64,000 nt of DNA, taken from positions 5,466 to 69,465 of the forward strand of contig JBDTNL010000007.1 of assembly GCA_039933785.1 (NCBI GenBank), written 5' to 3'. Both the position numbers and the translations under genes were made by a program. The notes beneath the pieces are model-generated. The model searched no databases and was not told the DNA's origin. It saw only the letters and a list, made by a program, of their open reading frames with translations. Of this stretch, positions 56,650 to 64,000 are shown piece by piece. The DNA is from Acidobacteriota bacterium (lineage in GTDB: Bacteria > Acidobacteriota > Thermoanaerobaculia > Multivoradales > JAGPDF01). How positions within the stretch are numbered: position 1 is the first letter of the stretch; the number at the start of each line of letters is the position of its first letter.

Positions 56650-57378
56650 CTACTCGGAGTTGTGGCCGAGGTCCGCGAGGGAGCTGCCGCTCTGCCTCTC
56701 TTCGGCCTTGAGGCCCGGCCGAAACACCCGCCCAGCCGGCCGGCCGGTTGTTGATTGACCGCCAAGGACAACGCTCTCGCCCTCTCGGCGAATCCAGCAG
56801 CCCTCGCGCAATCCAACGACTGGGGTTTCGTTTTCCTCGAGGAACTGCTCCAAGCGCTCCTCGCGGGTCTCGCCCATGTGCCTAGACTCGGGGTTGGCGT
56901 CGAGGTAGTGGGGATTGATTTGGAAGGGCACGAGTCCGAGCGCCACGTAGTCTCGCGGCATCACGATCGGCATGTCGTTGGTGGTCTTGATCGTCGGGCC
57001 GGCCAGGTTGGTGCCCGCGCTGCTGCCGATGTAGGGCAGGCCCGCGAGGGCGCGCTCGCGCAACGGTGCCAGCAGCCCAAATTCCTGAAGCGTGGCGAGA
57101 AGCCGGAACGTATTGCCGCCGCCGACGAATACCGCTTCGGCGACCTGGAGCGCACGCTGGCCCGAGGCATCGGCGGTGAGCTCGACCACGGTGATTCCGA
57201 GCTCGGCGAGCGCGGCGCGAACCTTCCCGGTGTAGCCCGCGCGATCCTTCAGGGCGAAAGGCGCGAAGAGGAGAGTGCGAACGGACCCGAGAAAGTCTCG
57301 GAGCTCGGCTAGGCCATGCGCCAGATAACGACTGCCGTGGTTGGTCGAATTCGAGAACAGCAGCGCCCGCAGCGGCAT
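56650..57378 (-). CDS. pepE: Dipeptidase E (S51 peptidase, alpha-aspartyl dipeptidase)
   Basis: LLFSNST, VGGGNTF, GSSAGTNLAGPTIKTTNDMPIV, QINPHY closely match the PepE signature; ATG 57378 two nt after apaG stop. Confidence 0.85.
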   Translation of the reverse strand: MPLRALLFSNSTNHGSRYLAHGLAELRDFLGSVRTLLFAPFALKDRAGYTGKVRAALAELGITVVELTADASGQRALQVAEAVFVGGGNTFRLLATLQEFGLLAPLRERALAGLPYIGSSAGTNLAGPTIKTTNDMPIVMPRDYVALGLVPFQINPHYLDANPESRHMGETREERLEQFLEENETPVVGLREGCWIRREGESVVLGGQSTTGRPAGRVFRPGLKAEERQSGSSLADLGHNSE

Positions 57379-57380
57379 GA

Positions 57381-57762
57381 TCAATTGACGACGTGCGGTA
57401 GCGCCAGCGCGAAGGCGCCGATGTCGGCAGCGAAGCTCTCGCCGGCCCGCGAACGCATCCCGTACTCACCATGCATGGTGCCGAACGACGTGGTGAGCGG
57501 GCAGAAGCTGGTGTACTCGAAGCCTTGTCCGGGCTCCAGCACCGGCTGCTCGCCGACAACGCCGGGTCCGCGCACGTGTTCGACGTCGCCGTTGGCGTTG
57601 GTGATCACCCAATGCCGGTCGATGAGCTGCACGACCTCAGCGCCGATGTTGGTGATCTGCACGGTGTAGGAAAAGAAGTACTGGTTCTCTTGCGGAGAGC
57701 TTCGATCCGGCAGGTATTCGCTCTCGACCTGCACACGGACGCCGCGGGTGGTGGTGTCGCTC
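57381..57762 (-). CDS. apaG: ApaG (DUF525) protein
   Basis: GTG start giving MSDTTTRGVRVQVESEYLPDRSSPQENQYFFSYTVQITNIG...VQLIDRHWVITNANGDVEHVRG, matching the ApaG signature. Confidence 0.8.
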
Positions 57763-57832
57763 ACGAGGGGATTATCGCATCGCGGGCGCCATGCGTCGGC
57801 CTTGTCCGGCGGGATTTTGGTAACGTCTTCGG

Positions 57833-58639
57833 ATGCCGAGCCCACGTCTGTGTTCGCTAGTCGTTGTTGCCCTTGCCCTAGCCTCTCTGGTCGAGATGCC
57901 CGCCCGGGCCTGGGGTCCGATCGGTCACCGCACCGTCGCGAAAGTCGCCGAGAATCATCTGACCGCGAAGACGCGTCGAGAAGTCGCCAAGCTCATCGGG
58001 CCACAGACGCTCCCGGAGATCGCCTACTGGGCGGACGAAATACGCTACTTGCCGGAGCGCAAGATCTCGGACACTTGGCACTACATCTCGATCGATGACA
58101 CCGAGTCGATCACGTCCACGGTGCGCAATCCGGCCGGCGATGTGCTCGATGCGATCGAGCGCATGGAGAAGACGCTGCGCGATCCTGCATCGTCGCGCGA
58201 CCAGAGGGTGGAGGCGCTCAAGTTCTTGGTCCATTTCGTCGGTGACGTGCACCAGCCTCTCCACGTCGGGCGACGGGCCGATGCCGGTGGCAACAAGATC
58301 GACGTCATCCTCAACGGACAGAAGGAGAACCTCCACTGGGTCTGGGACGCCATCATGCTCAACGACATGGGCATGAGCTACACCGAGCTCGCGCACGCGA
58401 TCGACCACCCCAGCGCGCAAGACGTCGCGAGCTGGCAGCGCGCCAAGCCGGTCGACTGGGTGAGCGAAGTCTTCGCCCTGCGCCCGCAGGTCTACGACGG
58501 TGTGCCCGAGGACGGCAAGCTCAGCTACCTGTACAGCTTCAAGAACTGGCCGCTGCTGCGCGCGCAGCTCCTCAAGGCGGGAGTGCGGCTCGCCGGCGAG
58601 CTCAACGCAATCTTCGATCCCCGCCACGCCGGCCGCTGA
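57833..58639 (+). CDS. S1/P1 family zinc-dependent nuclease, secreted
   Basis: Signal then WGPIGHRTVA; HYIS, FLVHFVGDVHQPLHVG motifs. Confidence 0.85.
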   Translation: MPSPRLCSLVVVALALASLVEMPARAWGPIGHRTVAKVAENHLTAKTRREVAKLIGPQTLPEIAYWADEIRYLPERKISDTWHYISIDDTESITSTVRNPAGDVLDAIERMEKTLRDPASSRDQRVEALKFLVHFVGDVHQPLHVGRRADAGGNKIDVILNGQKENLHWVWDAIMLNDMGMSYTELAHAIDHPSAQDVASWQRAKPVDWVSEVFALRPQVYDGVPEDGKLSYLYSFKNWPLLRAQLLKAGVRLAGELNAIFDPRHAGR

Positions 58640-58677
58640 GGGCGGTCGGCTGCCAGGGGCTCTGCTAGGATCCTTTT

Positions 58678-58712
58678 ACGCGGCGCCCAGGACCGGCGCC
58701 GCGTTTCTCTTT
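58678..58712 (+). terminator. Rho-independent terminator after S1/P1 nuclease gene
   Basis: ACGCGGCGCC-caggacc-GGCGCCGCGT perfect 10-bp stem followed by TTCTCTTT. Confidence 0.8.
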
Positions 58713-58725
58713 CAGCCTGAGACCA

Positions 58726-60333
58726 ATGACCGCCCTTCCGGTGACCACCCTTCCCGACGCGATTGCCCGCCGGCGCACGTTCGCGATCATTTCGCACCCC
58801 GACGCGGGCAAGACGACGCTCACCGAGAAGCTGTTGCTCTTCGGCGGCGCCATTCAGCTCGCGGGGGCGGTGAAGGCGCGCGGTGACGCTCGCCGGGCGC
58901 ATTCGGACTGGCTCAAGGTCGAGCAGGAGCGCGGCATCTCGGTCACCGCGTCGGTGATGACGTTCGAGCACGGCGAGCGCACCTTCAACCTGCTCGACAC
59001 TCCGGGCCACCAGGATTTCAGCGAGGACACCTACCGCACCCTTACCGCGGTCGACTCGGCGGTCATGGTGCTCGATGCGGCCAAGGGCATCGAGACGCAG
59101 ACCCGCAAGCTCTTCGAAGTCTGCCGGCTGCGCGACATGCCGTTGCTCACCTTCGTCAACAAGCTCGACCGCGATGGCAGGGATCCGTTCTCACTACTCG
59201 AGGAGATCGAGCGCGACTTGCAGCTTGAGGTGACGCCGGCGACCTGGCCGATCGGCATGGGCCAGTCCTTCCTCGGCTGCTACGACCTGCTGCGCGATCA
59301 GCTGAGGCTCTTCGGGCGGGCGCGCAAGGACGCCAAGGGAACCGCGGAGATCGAACGCACCTCGGGACTCGACGATCCCAAACTCGACCGCTTGCTGCCC
59401 GAGGCCGCGGTGGCCAAGCTCCGGGAAGAGGTCGAGATGGTCCGCCACCTTTGCCCGCCGTTCAATCGCGAGACCTACCTCGGCGGTCACCAGACTCCGG
59501 TGTTCTTCGGTAGTGCGATCAACAACTTCGGCGTCGCCGACTTGCTCAGCGGGCTGGGAGAGTTCGCACCCCCACCGCGCTCACGTCCGACGCTGCAGAG
59601 AATCGTCGAGCCTGGTGAGAGCAAGGTCACCGGCTTCGTCTTCAAGATCCAGGCGAACATGGATCCGCGGCATCGCGACCGCATCGCGTTCGTGCGCCTG
59701 TGCTCGGGAAAATTCGAGCGCGGTATGAAGCTTCGCCATGTGCGCAGCGGCAAGGACATGGCGGTGCGGAGCCCCGTGCTCTTCCTGGCCCAGGACCGCG
59801 AGCTCGCGGAGGAAGCCTGGGCGGGCGACATCATAGGCATTCCGAACCACGGTGTGCTGCGCATCGGCGACGCGCTCACCGAGGGCGAGACGCTGACCTT
59901 CACCGGGATCCCGAGCTTTGCCCCCGAGCTACTGCAGAAGGTGCGCGCCGAGGATCCGCTACGCTCCAAGCACCTCGGGCGCGCGCTCCATCACCTCGCC
60001 GAGGAAGGTGCGGCGCAGGTGTTCAAGACCCTGGTGGGCGGCGAATGGATCGTCGGCGTCGCCGGCGCTCTGCAGTTCGACGTGCTGGCCAGCCGGATCA
60101 AGAACGAGTACGACCTGCCAGTGCGCTTCGAGGGCACCACGCTGCACACGGCGCGCTGGGTGGACGGTCAACCCGACGAGCTCAAGCGCTTCTTGCGGGC
60201 GCACGAGCTGTACGTCGGCGAGGACCACAACGGCGCGCCGGTCTATCTCGCACCCAGCGCGTTTCGCTTGAAGGCCACGGTCGAGGATTGGCCAAAGATC
60301 CGTTTCTCGGCAACCCGCGAGCACGCCGAGTGA
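58726..60333 (+). CDS. prfC: Peptide chain release factor 3
   Basis: AIISHPDAGKTTLTEKLL G1, DTPGHQDF G3, NKLD G4 motifs; 535 aa. Confidence 0.93.
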   Translation: MTALPVTTLPDAIARRRTFAIISHPDAGKTTLTEKLLLFGGAIQLAGAVKARGDARRAHSDWLKVEQERGISVTASVMTFEHGERTFNLLDTPGHQDFSEDTYRTLTAVDSAVMVLDAAKGIETQTRKLFEVCRLRDMPLLTFVNKLDRDGRDPFSLLEEIERDLQLEVTPATWPIGMGQSFLGCYDLLRDQLRLFGRARKDAKGTAEIERTSGLDDPKLDRLLPEAAVAKLREEVEMVRHLCPPFNRETYLGGHQTPVFFGSAINNFGVADLLSGLGEFAPPPRSRPTLQRIVEPGESKVTGFVFKIQANMDPRHRDRIAFVRLCSGKFERGMKLRHVRSGKDMAVRSPVLFLAQDRELAEEAWAGDIIGIPNHGVLRIGDALTEGETLTFTGIPSFAPELLQKVRAEDPLRSKHLGRALHHLAEEGAAQVFKTLVGGEWIVGVAGALQFDVLASRIKNEYDLPVRFEGTTLHTARWVDGQPDELKRFLRAHELYVGEDHNGAPVYLAPSAFRLKATVEDWPKIRFSATREHAE

Positions 60334-60472
60334 ACAAGCCGCGGTCGCTCCTGGCCGCCCTGGCGGCGGCCGGCTGTGTCGTTTCAGCGTGCGGCTCGAC
60401 TTGGAGCGCGCCGCGAGTTCCCTGATCGAGCCTCGCCGGGCCCACGGCTGAGGCTCGCGCTTGAGCAGGCGC

Positions 60473-61600
60473 TCATCGGGCCGCCGCGCCTTCTCTCCCG
60501 ACGCCGTATGCGCAAAGGATGAGCAGGCCCAAGAGAGGCATGGTCGCGAGCAGGCCGCGCACGCTTTCCGGCCAGGTTTGCGGGGCGGTGCCGGCGCCAC
60601 TCTGCCCTTCGATGCTGATCACCGCGGCGCCAAGCAGGCAGAGCAGGAGCACCCGGCGGATCCCGAGGAACCGCTCATCGCGCAGGCCATGCTCGATCGC
60701 GAGCACCTGCACCGGAAACGTGATCAAAAAGGTGTGCGCCCAGACCACCGGCAGACTGACCACCGAGGCCGTGATCACTACGGCCTGGAGGCCTCGCGTT
60801 GTCGAAGGCCGCAAGAAGAGGTAGAGCGCGGCTCCGCCGGCCACCAGCGCGAAGATCAGCATCGCCCGCGGTTCGATTCCAAGGGAACGGAGCGCTCGTG
60901 CAATCGAGAGCTCGTACTCGGAGGGCGCGGGGACATTGGCGCGGGCGAGCATTTCCGGGAGATAGCGCGAAGCCACGGTGCTGAGCGTGACGGTCGCCGT
61001 GAGGGCCGCGGCCACCGCGGTCGGGAGCGCCCATCGCGCCTGACGATCCGGGCGCAGTCCGAGCGCCCCCAGTGGCGGCACCATGGCGGCTGCCAGTGGC
61101 TTGAGAGCAATTCCAGCGCCCAGGAGGAGCCCGGCCAGGATCGGGTTCGCGGGCGCCGCCGCGAGCGAGACCAGGGTCATTGCTTGCAATATCGGCGAGA
61201 CATTGCCGCAGTTCAGTGCATTGGCCACCGGGTGAGCGAAGACCACCATCGCCAGTGCCACGGACCACCGGACGCTCGTGCGCCAACTCGCCGCGACCAC
61301 TCCGAGCCATGCCACGACACACACCCCGAGCAGCTCGAGATGGCGCGCCGTGAGGAGGAAGGCCCGCTCGCCCAGCGCATACCAGAGAGCGGTGCCGAGC
61401 ACCGCGAATGGCGGCGGGTAGTTGAAGGTCGGTGCGGTGTACGGCGACTGCCCGGTGTGCACGGCGGCGAACGCGCGCGCAAAGACCGCCTCGTCGAAGT
61501 GCGACTCGAGAGCATGAAGATCATCGTGATGAAAATAGAGACCGACCGCGAACAAGCCGGCGATGGCCAGCGCGTGGAGGAGAATCGGACGCACCTTCAC
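60473..61600 (-). CDS. Glycosyltransferase family 87/DUF2029 integral membrane protein
   Basis: 375 aa polytopic, GTG start overlapping GNAT stop (GTGA). Confidence 0.65.
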   Translation of the reverse strand: MKVRPILLHALAIAGLFAVGLYFHHDDLHALESHFDEAVFARAFAAVHTGQSPYTAPTFNYPPPFAVLGTALWYALGERAFLLTARHLELLGVCVVAWLGVVAASWRTSVRWSVALAMVVFAHPVANALNCGNVSPILQAMTLVSLAAAPANPILAGLLLGAGIALKPLAAAMVPPLGALGLRPDRQARWALPTAVAAALTATVTLSTVASRYLPEMLARANVPAPSEYELSIARALRSLGIEPRAMLIFALVAGGAALYLFLRPSTTRGLQAVVITASVVSLPVVWAHTFLITFPVQVLAIEHGLRDERFLGIRRVLLLCLLGAAVISIEGQSGAGTAPQTWPESVRGLLATMPLLGLLILCAYGVGREGAAAR

Positions 61601-62127
61601 GACGCGAGCGGCTTGCTCATCAGGCGATCGCTCTGGACGTCGTCGCCGAGGCGAAACTCATGAGTTCCGATGTCGATGAAGCCGCATTTGCGATAGAAGG
61701 CGATCGCCCGGTGATTGCGTTCCCAGACGCCGAGCCAGAGCGTCCGCCCGCCCTGTTGCCTAGCCGAGGTCTCCGCCGCTTGCATGAGGGCCTGAGCCAC
61801 GCCGACGCCTTTCCAGGCGCTGCCGACGTAGAGACGCTGAAGCTCGACGGGATGGGCGCCCGCGAGCTGGCCGGAATCTTCCCCGCCGAGCCGGATCATC
61901 GAGTAGCCAGCGAGCTCGCCTTCCAACTCGGCAAGCATGGTCGTGATGCCGGGCGTCGTGATCTCGCGGCGCTGGATCTCCTCACTGAAAGACTGTTCGA
62001 GATAGGCCGCCATGTCCGCCGCGGTGTTGTCCGCGGCGAAGGTCTCGGCGAAGGTGTTGGCGGCGAAGCGAGCTAGTTCCGCGGCATCCTCGGCCACGGC
62101 GAGCCGCAGGTCGAAGGCTCGCGACAT
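61597..62127 (-). CDS. GNAT family N-acetyltransferase
   Basis: Acetyl-CoA motif QRLYVGSAWKGVGVAQALM and NHRAIAFYRKCGF. Confidence 0.8.
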   Translation of the reverse strand: MSRAFDLRLAVAEDAAELARFAANTFAETFAADNTAADMAAYLEQSFSEEIQRREITTPGITTMLAELEGELAGYSMIRLGGEDSGQLAGAHPVELQRLYVGSAWKGVGVAQALMQAAETSARQQGGRTLWLGVWERNHRAIAFYRKCGFIDIGTHEFRLGDDVQSDRLMSKPLAS

Positions 62128-62131
62128 CGGT

Positions 62132-62596
62132 TTACTTAACCGGCGGGTTCGGGCTGACCGCGACGCTGGCGGCGATCTGCTTGGCGACCTCCGCCAGGGC
62201 GTCGCTCTTGAACGTGATCTGCCCGGTGCACGGGCCGAGCGGACCGGGCACCGAGACGTACCAGTCCGTCTTCCCGACGCTGTTGCCGTAGGCGAACCAG
62301 AGACGCTCCGGTGAATCCTCGAGAACCGTCGTCGGTGCCATGACGTGTTGCGCCATGCTCTTCGAATCCGCCCAGTCCTTGGCCGGCAGGAGATGGATCG
62401 ACGCCCGTCCGGAGTGGTCCTCGGGACTGGCGGCGCTGGTGTCGCCCTTCCAATCGGCGGGTACTTGCATCTGGCAATTGCCTTTGTGGTCCTTGACTAC
62501 CCTCCAGCCCGCCGGCGCCGTCCCCGCCGCCAGTGCGGCGACGGCGAGCGCCGGGGCCCAAGCCCCGAGCGCAATGACGAGCCCCTTGCGATCCAT
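62132..62596 (-). CDS. Hypothetical secreted protein
   Basis: Signal MDRKGLVIALGAWAPALAVAALAAG; no family recognised. Confidence 0.5.
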   Translation of the reverse strand: MDRKGLVIALGAWAPALAVAALAAGTAPAGWRVVKDHKGNCQMQVPADWKGDTSAASPEDHSGRASIHLLPAKDWADSKSMAQHVMAPTTVLEDSPERLWFAYGNSVGKTDWYVSVPGPLGPCTGQITFKSDALAEVAKQIAASVAVSPNPPVK

Positions 62597-62616
62597 GGCG
62601 ATTTCGCTCCGACGGT

Positions 62617-63786
62617 CTACATCCCGTGCTGGTGCGCGAGCTTGGTGAGCTCGAGGAACGCCGGGTCCTGGTGCAGGGAGGCGAACATGAAGTCGTCGCG
62701 CGCCTCCTTCATCTCCATGGCGCGCACGGCATCGAAGCGCTCGTACTCGTAGAAGTGCCGGCGCAGAAGCTCCATCGCCTTCGCCTGATTGCCCGTCTGG
62801 GCCCAGATGGCGGCCAGATTGTAGCTCGCCGCGAGCACCTGTTCGTTGGCCTGGGCGATCGCCGTGGCTTCGTCCTTGTGCCCCGCCGCCGCGAGGTAGA
62901 CCGCGGCGAAGATCTGGTTGTAGCGATCCTCGGGCTGCAGTGCGACGGCCTGGCGCATGTAGCCGGTGGCCTTGTCGGCTTGGCGCTCCGAGAACCAGTA
63001 GACCGCAAGATTGCGGTACGTGATCGCGAGCGGGAATTCCGTCAACGAACGCTCGAAGAGTGCCAGACCGTCCGCGTATTTGCCCTCATGAATGGTCATC
63101 TTACCCAGACCGTGCATCGCGACCGCGCGGGCGATCGGATCGGAGGGCTGAGCGAGGATGCGGTCGAACACCGCGCGCGCCTTGTTCCAGTCGCCGGTTT
63201 GGTGGCGGTAAAGCTCACCGAGGAAGCGCAGAGCGGTGCTGTCGGCGGGGTCGAGCGTCGAGGCCTGCTGGTAGAGCGCCTCGGCCTGGGGATACTTCGC
63301 CGAGAGCTCGGCGTCCAGACCCTGGCGGAGTAAACCTGCGACGCGCTCGCCATTCGCGCCCGCGACTTGCGGTTCAGGCAACCCCTCGGGTCCGAGCTGG
63401 CGGAGCATCGCCTCCTGAACTGGAGCACCGAGCTTTTTCAGCGCCTTCGCCGCCTTCTTGCCGTAGCTCGGAACGAGGCAGCGCTCCGCCCAGATCTTCT
63501 GGTAGGTATCGATAGCCGCCGTCTTGTCGCCGCTCGAGGCCTTCCTCTCGGCCTGCTTAAGTGCTGCCTCGGCGCTGTCCTCGCGCTTTTCGAGCTCGGC
63601 CTTCACCGACTTCTCGACCGATCGAACGTCGAGCTTGCCGTCCTGAGCGGTAAAGCGGGTCACTTCGGTGCCGTCGACTTCCGCGAGCACGAGGAGCTGG
63701 TCGCTCTCCGGCGCGCTGTACTTGGTGCGGATGGTCTTGTTGTCTGTGGGCACGATGGTGGGCGCCACGCAGCGCTCGCTGGCCAT
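62617..63786 (-). CDS. TPR repeat protein (start uncertain; may begin upstream or beyond window end)
   Basis: GC3-rich coding begins near MASERCVAP (cat 63784-63786); ORF remains open to 64000 but the 5' 60 codons have poor GC3. Confidence 0.6.
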   Translation of the reverse strand: MASERCVAPTIVPTDNKTIRTKYSAPESDQLLVLAEVDGTEVTRFTAQDGKLDVRSVEKSVKAELEKREDSAEAALKQAERKASSGDKTAAIDTYQKIWAERCLVPSYGKKAAKALKKLGAPVQEAMLRQLGPEGLPEPQVAGANGERVAGLLRQGLDAELSAKYPQAEALYQQASTLDPADSTALRFLGELYRHQTGDWNKARAVFDRILAQPSDPIARAVAMHGLGKMTIHEGKYADGLALFERSLTEFPLAITYRNLAVYWFSERQADKATGYMRQAVALQPEDRYNQIFAAVYLAAAGHKDEATAIAQANEQVLAASYNLAAIWAQTGNQAKAMELLRRHFYEYERFDAVRAMEMKEARDDFMFASLHQDPAFLELTKLAHQHGM

Positions 63787-63961
63787 CGAAAGTCCGCGCG
63801 AGGTGATCAGGGGTGAATTGCGGGCTTCGGCCGGCGAAGTCGGGAACCAGTACAAGATTAGCTGGGCTTCGGCAGGCAGATCGTGGCCCGCGTCCAGCAC
63901 CTTCCACCCCACGAAATAGGTGGTGGGCGCGCCGCCCATATCGGGGGCCGCCCCGCCCATC

Positions 63962-63979
63962 CCGCCGCCGCCGCCGCCA
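63962..63979. repeat. (GCC)6 trinucleotide simple repeat
   Basis: gccgccgccgccgccgcc near window end. Confidence 0.85.
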
Positions 63980-64000
63980 CCACAGGTGGCGCCGATCGGC

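Noticed and set aside
60461-61663. ORF 60461..61663+ (400 aa)
   Set aside because: Antisense of the GT87/DUF2029 membrane protein; His/Arg/Glu-rich junk.

Overview
High-GC bacterial chromosomal segment with strong GC3 codon bias, which I used to separate real frames from the many long spurious ORFs. The window is densely packed with about 60 genes, mostly housekeeping or envelope functions. No tRNA, rRNA, CRISPR array, transposase or integrase signature was recognised. The gene repertoire (CarbopepD_reg plus TPR secreted proteins, orphan pseudopilins, many TPR genes) suggests an Acidobacteriota-like lineage, but that is inference only.

Main blocks, in order:
- 1-4391 (- strand): an O-polysaccharide-type ABC export operon. 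It runs methyltransferase, then Wzm, then Wzt (with a C-terminal carbohydrate-binding-type domain), then a gene absent from the supplied ORF track that runs off the window start (signal peptide plus ASST-like beta-propeller).
- 4459-6750: a large polytopic membrane protein divergent from that operon.
- 6771-11301: FKBP PPIase, an M20 peptidase, and an ALDH gene translationally coupled to a truncated non-catalytic ALDH-like paralog.
- 12090-14132: a membrane-anchored patatin-like phospholipase.
- 14754-18440: rng, immediately followed by an LPS-kinase-family domain fused to a TIM-barrel glycoside-hydrolase-like domain.
- 18466-20051: DinB_2 family protein and Ada, with a 10-bp perfect inverted repeat at the ada start.
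- 20304-23452: DEAD-box helicase plus a nucleotidyltransferase-fold protein, then DUF4339-AIM24 with a coupled small Cys protein.
- 23461-35452: RlmL-like methyltransferase, an OmpA-family protein, an acyltransferase plus LplT-like MFS pair, a YidB family protein, two more MFS transporters, an S9 peptidase and a ROK/polyphosphate glucokinase.
- 35471-40856: the classic rodA-mrdA-mreD-mreC-mreB cluster.
- 40905-47416: a FecR-domain protein, a PpiD-like chaperone, a degenerate vapBC toxin-antitoxin locus disrupted by a small zinc-ribbon gene, HtrA, and a small membrane protein.
- 47429-54562: xthA, a GSDH-PA14 fusion, an FAD oxidoreductase, RlmA, a small TPR protein and three consecutive prepilin-type (pseudopilin-like) genes.
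- 54569-63786: an XdhC-N-like small protein coupled to a secreted CarbopepD_reg-TPR protein, then DUF488, pepE, apaG, an S1/P1 nuclease, prfC, GT87/DUF2029, a GNAT acetyltransferase, a secreted protein and a TPR protein.

Every domain call comes from motif recognition by eye. No database searches were run.
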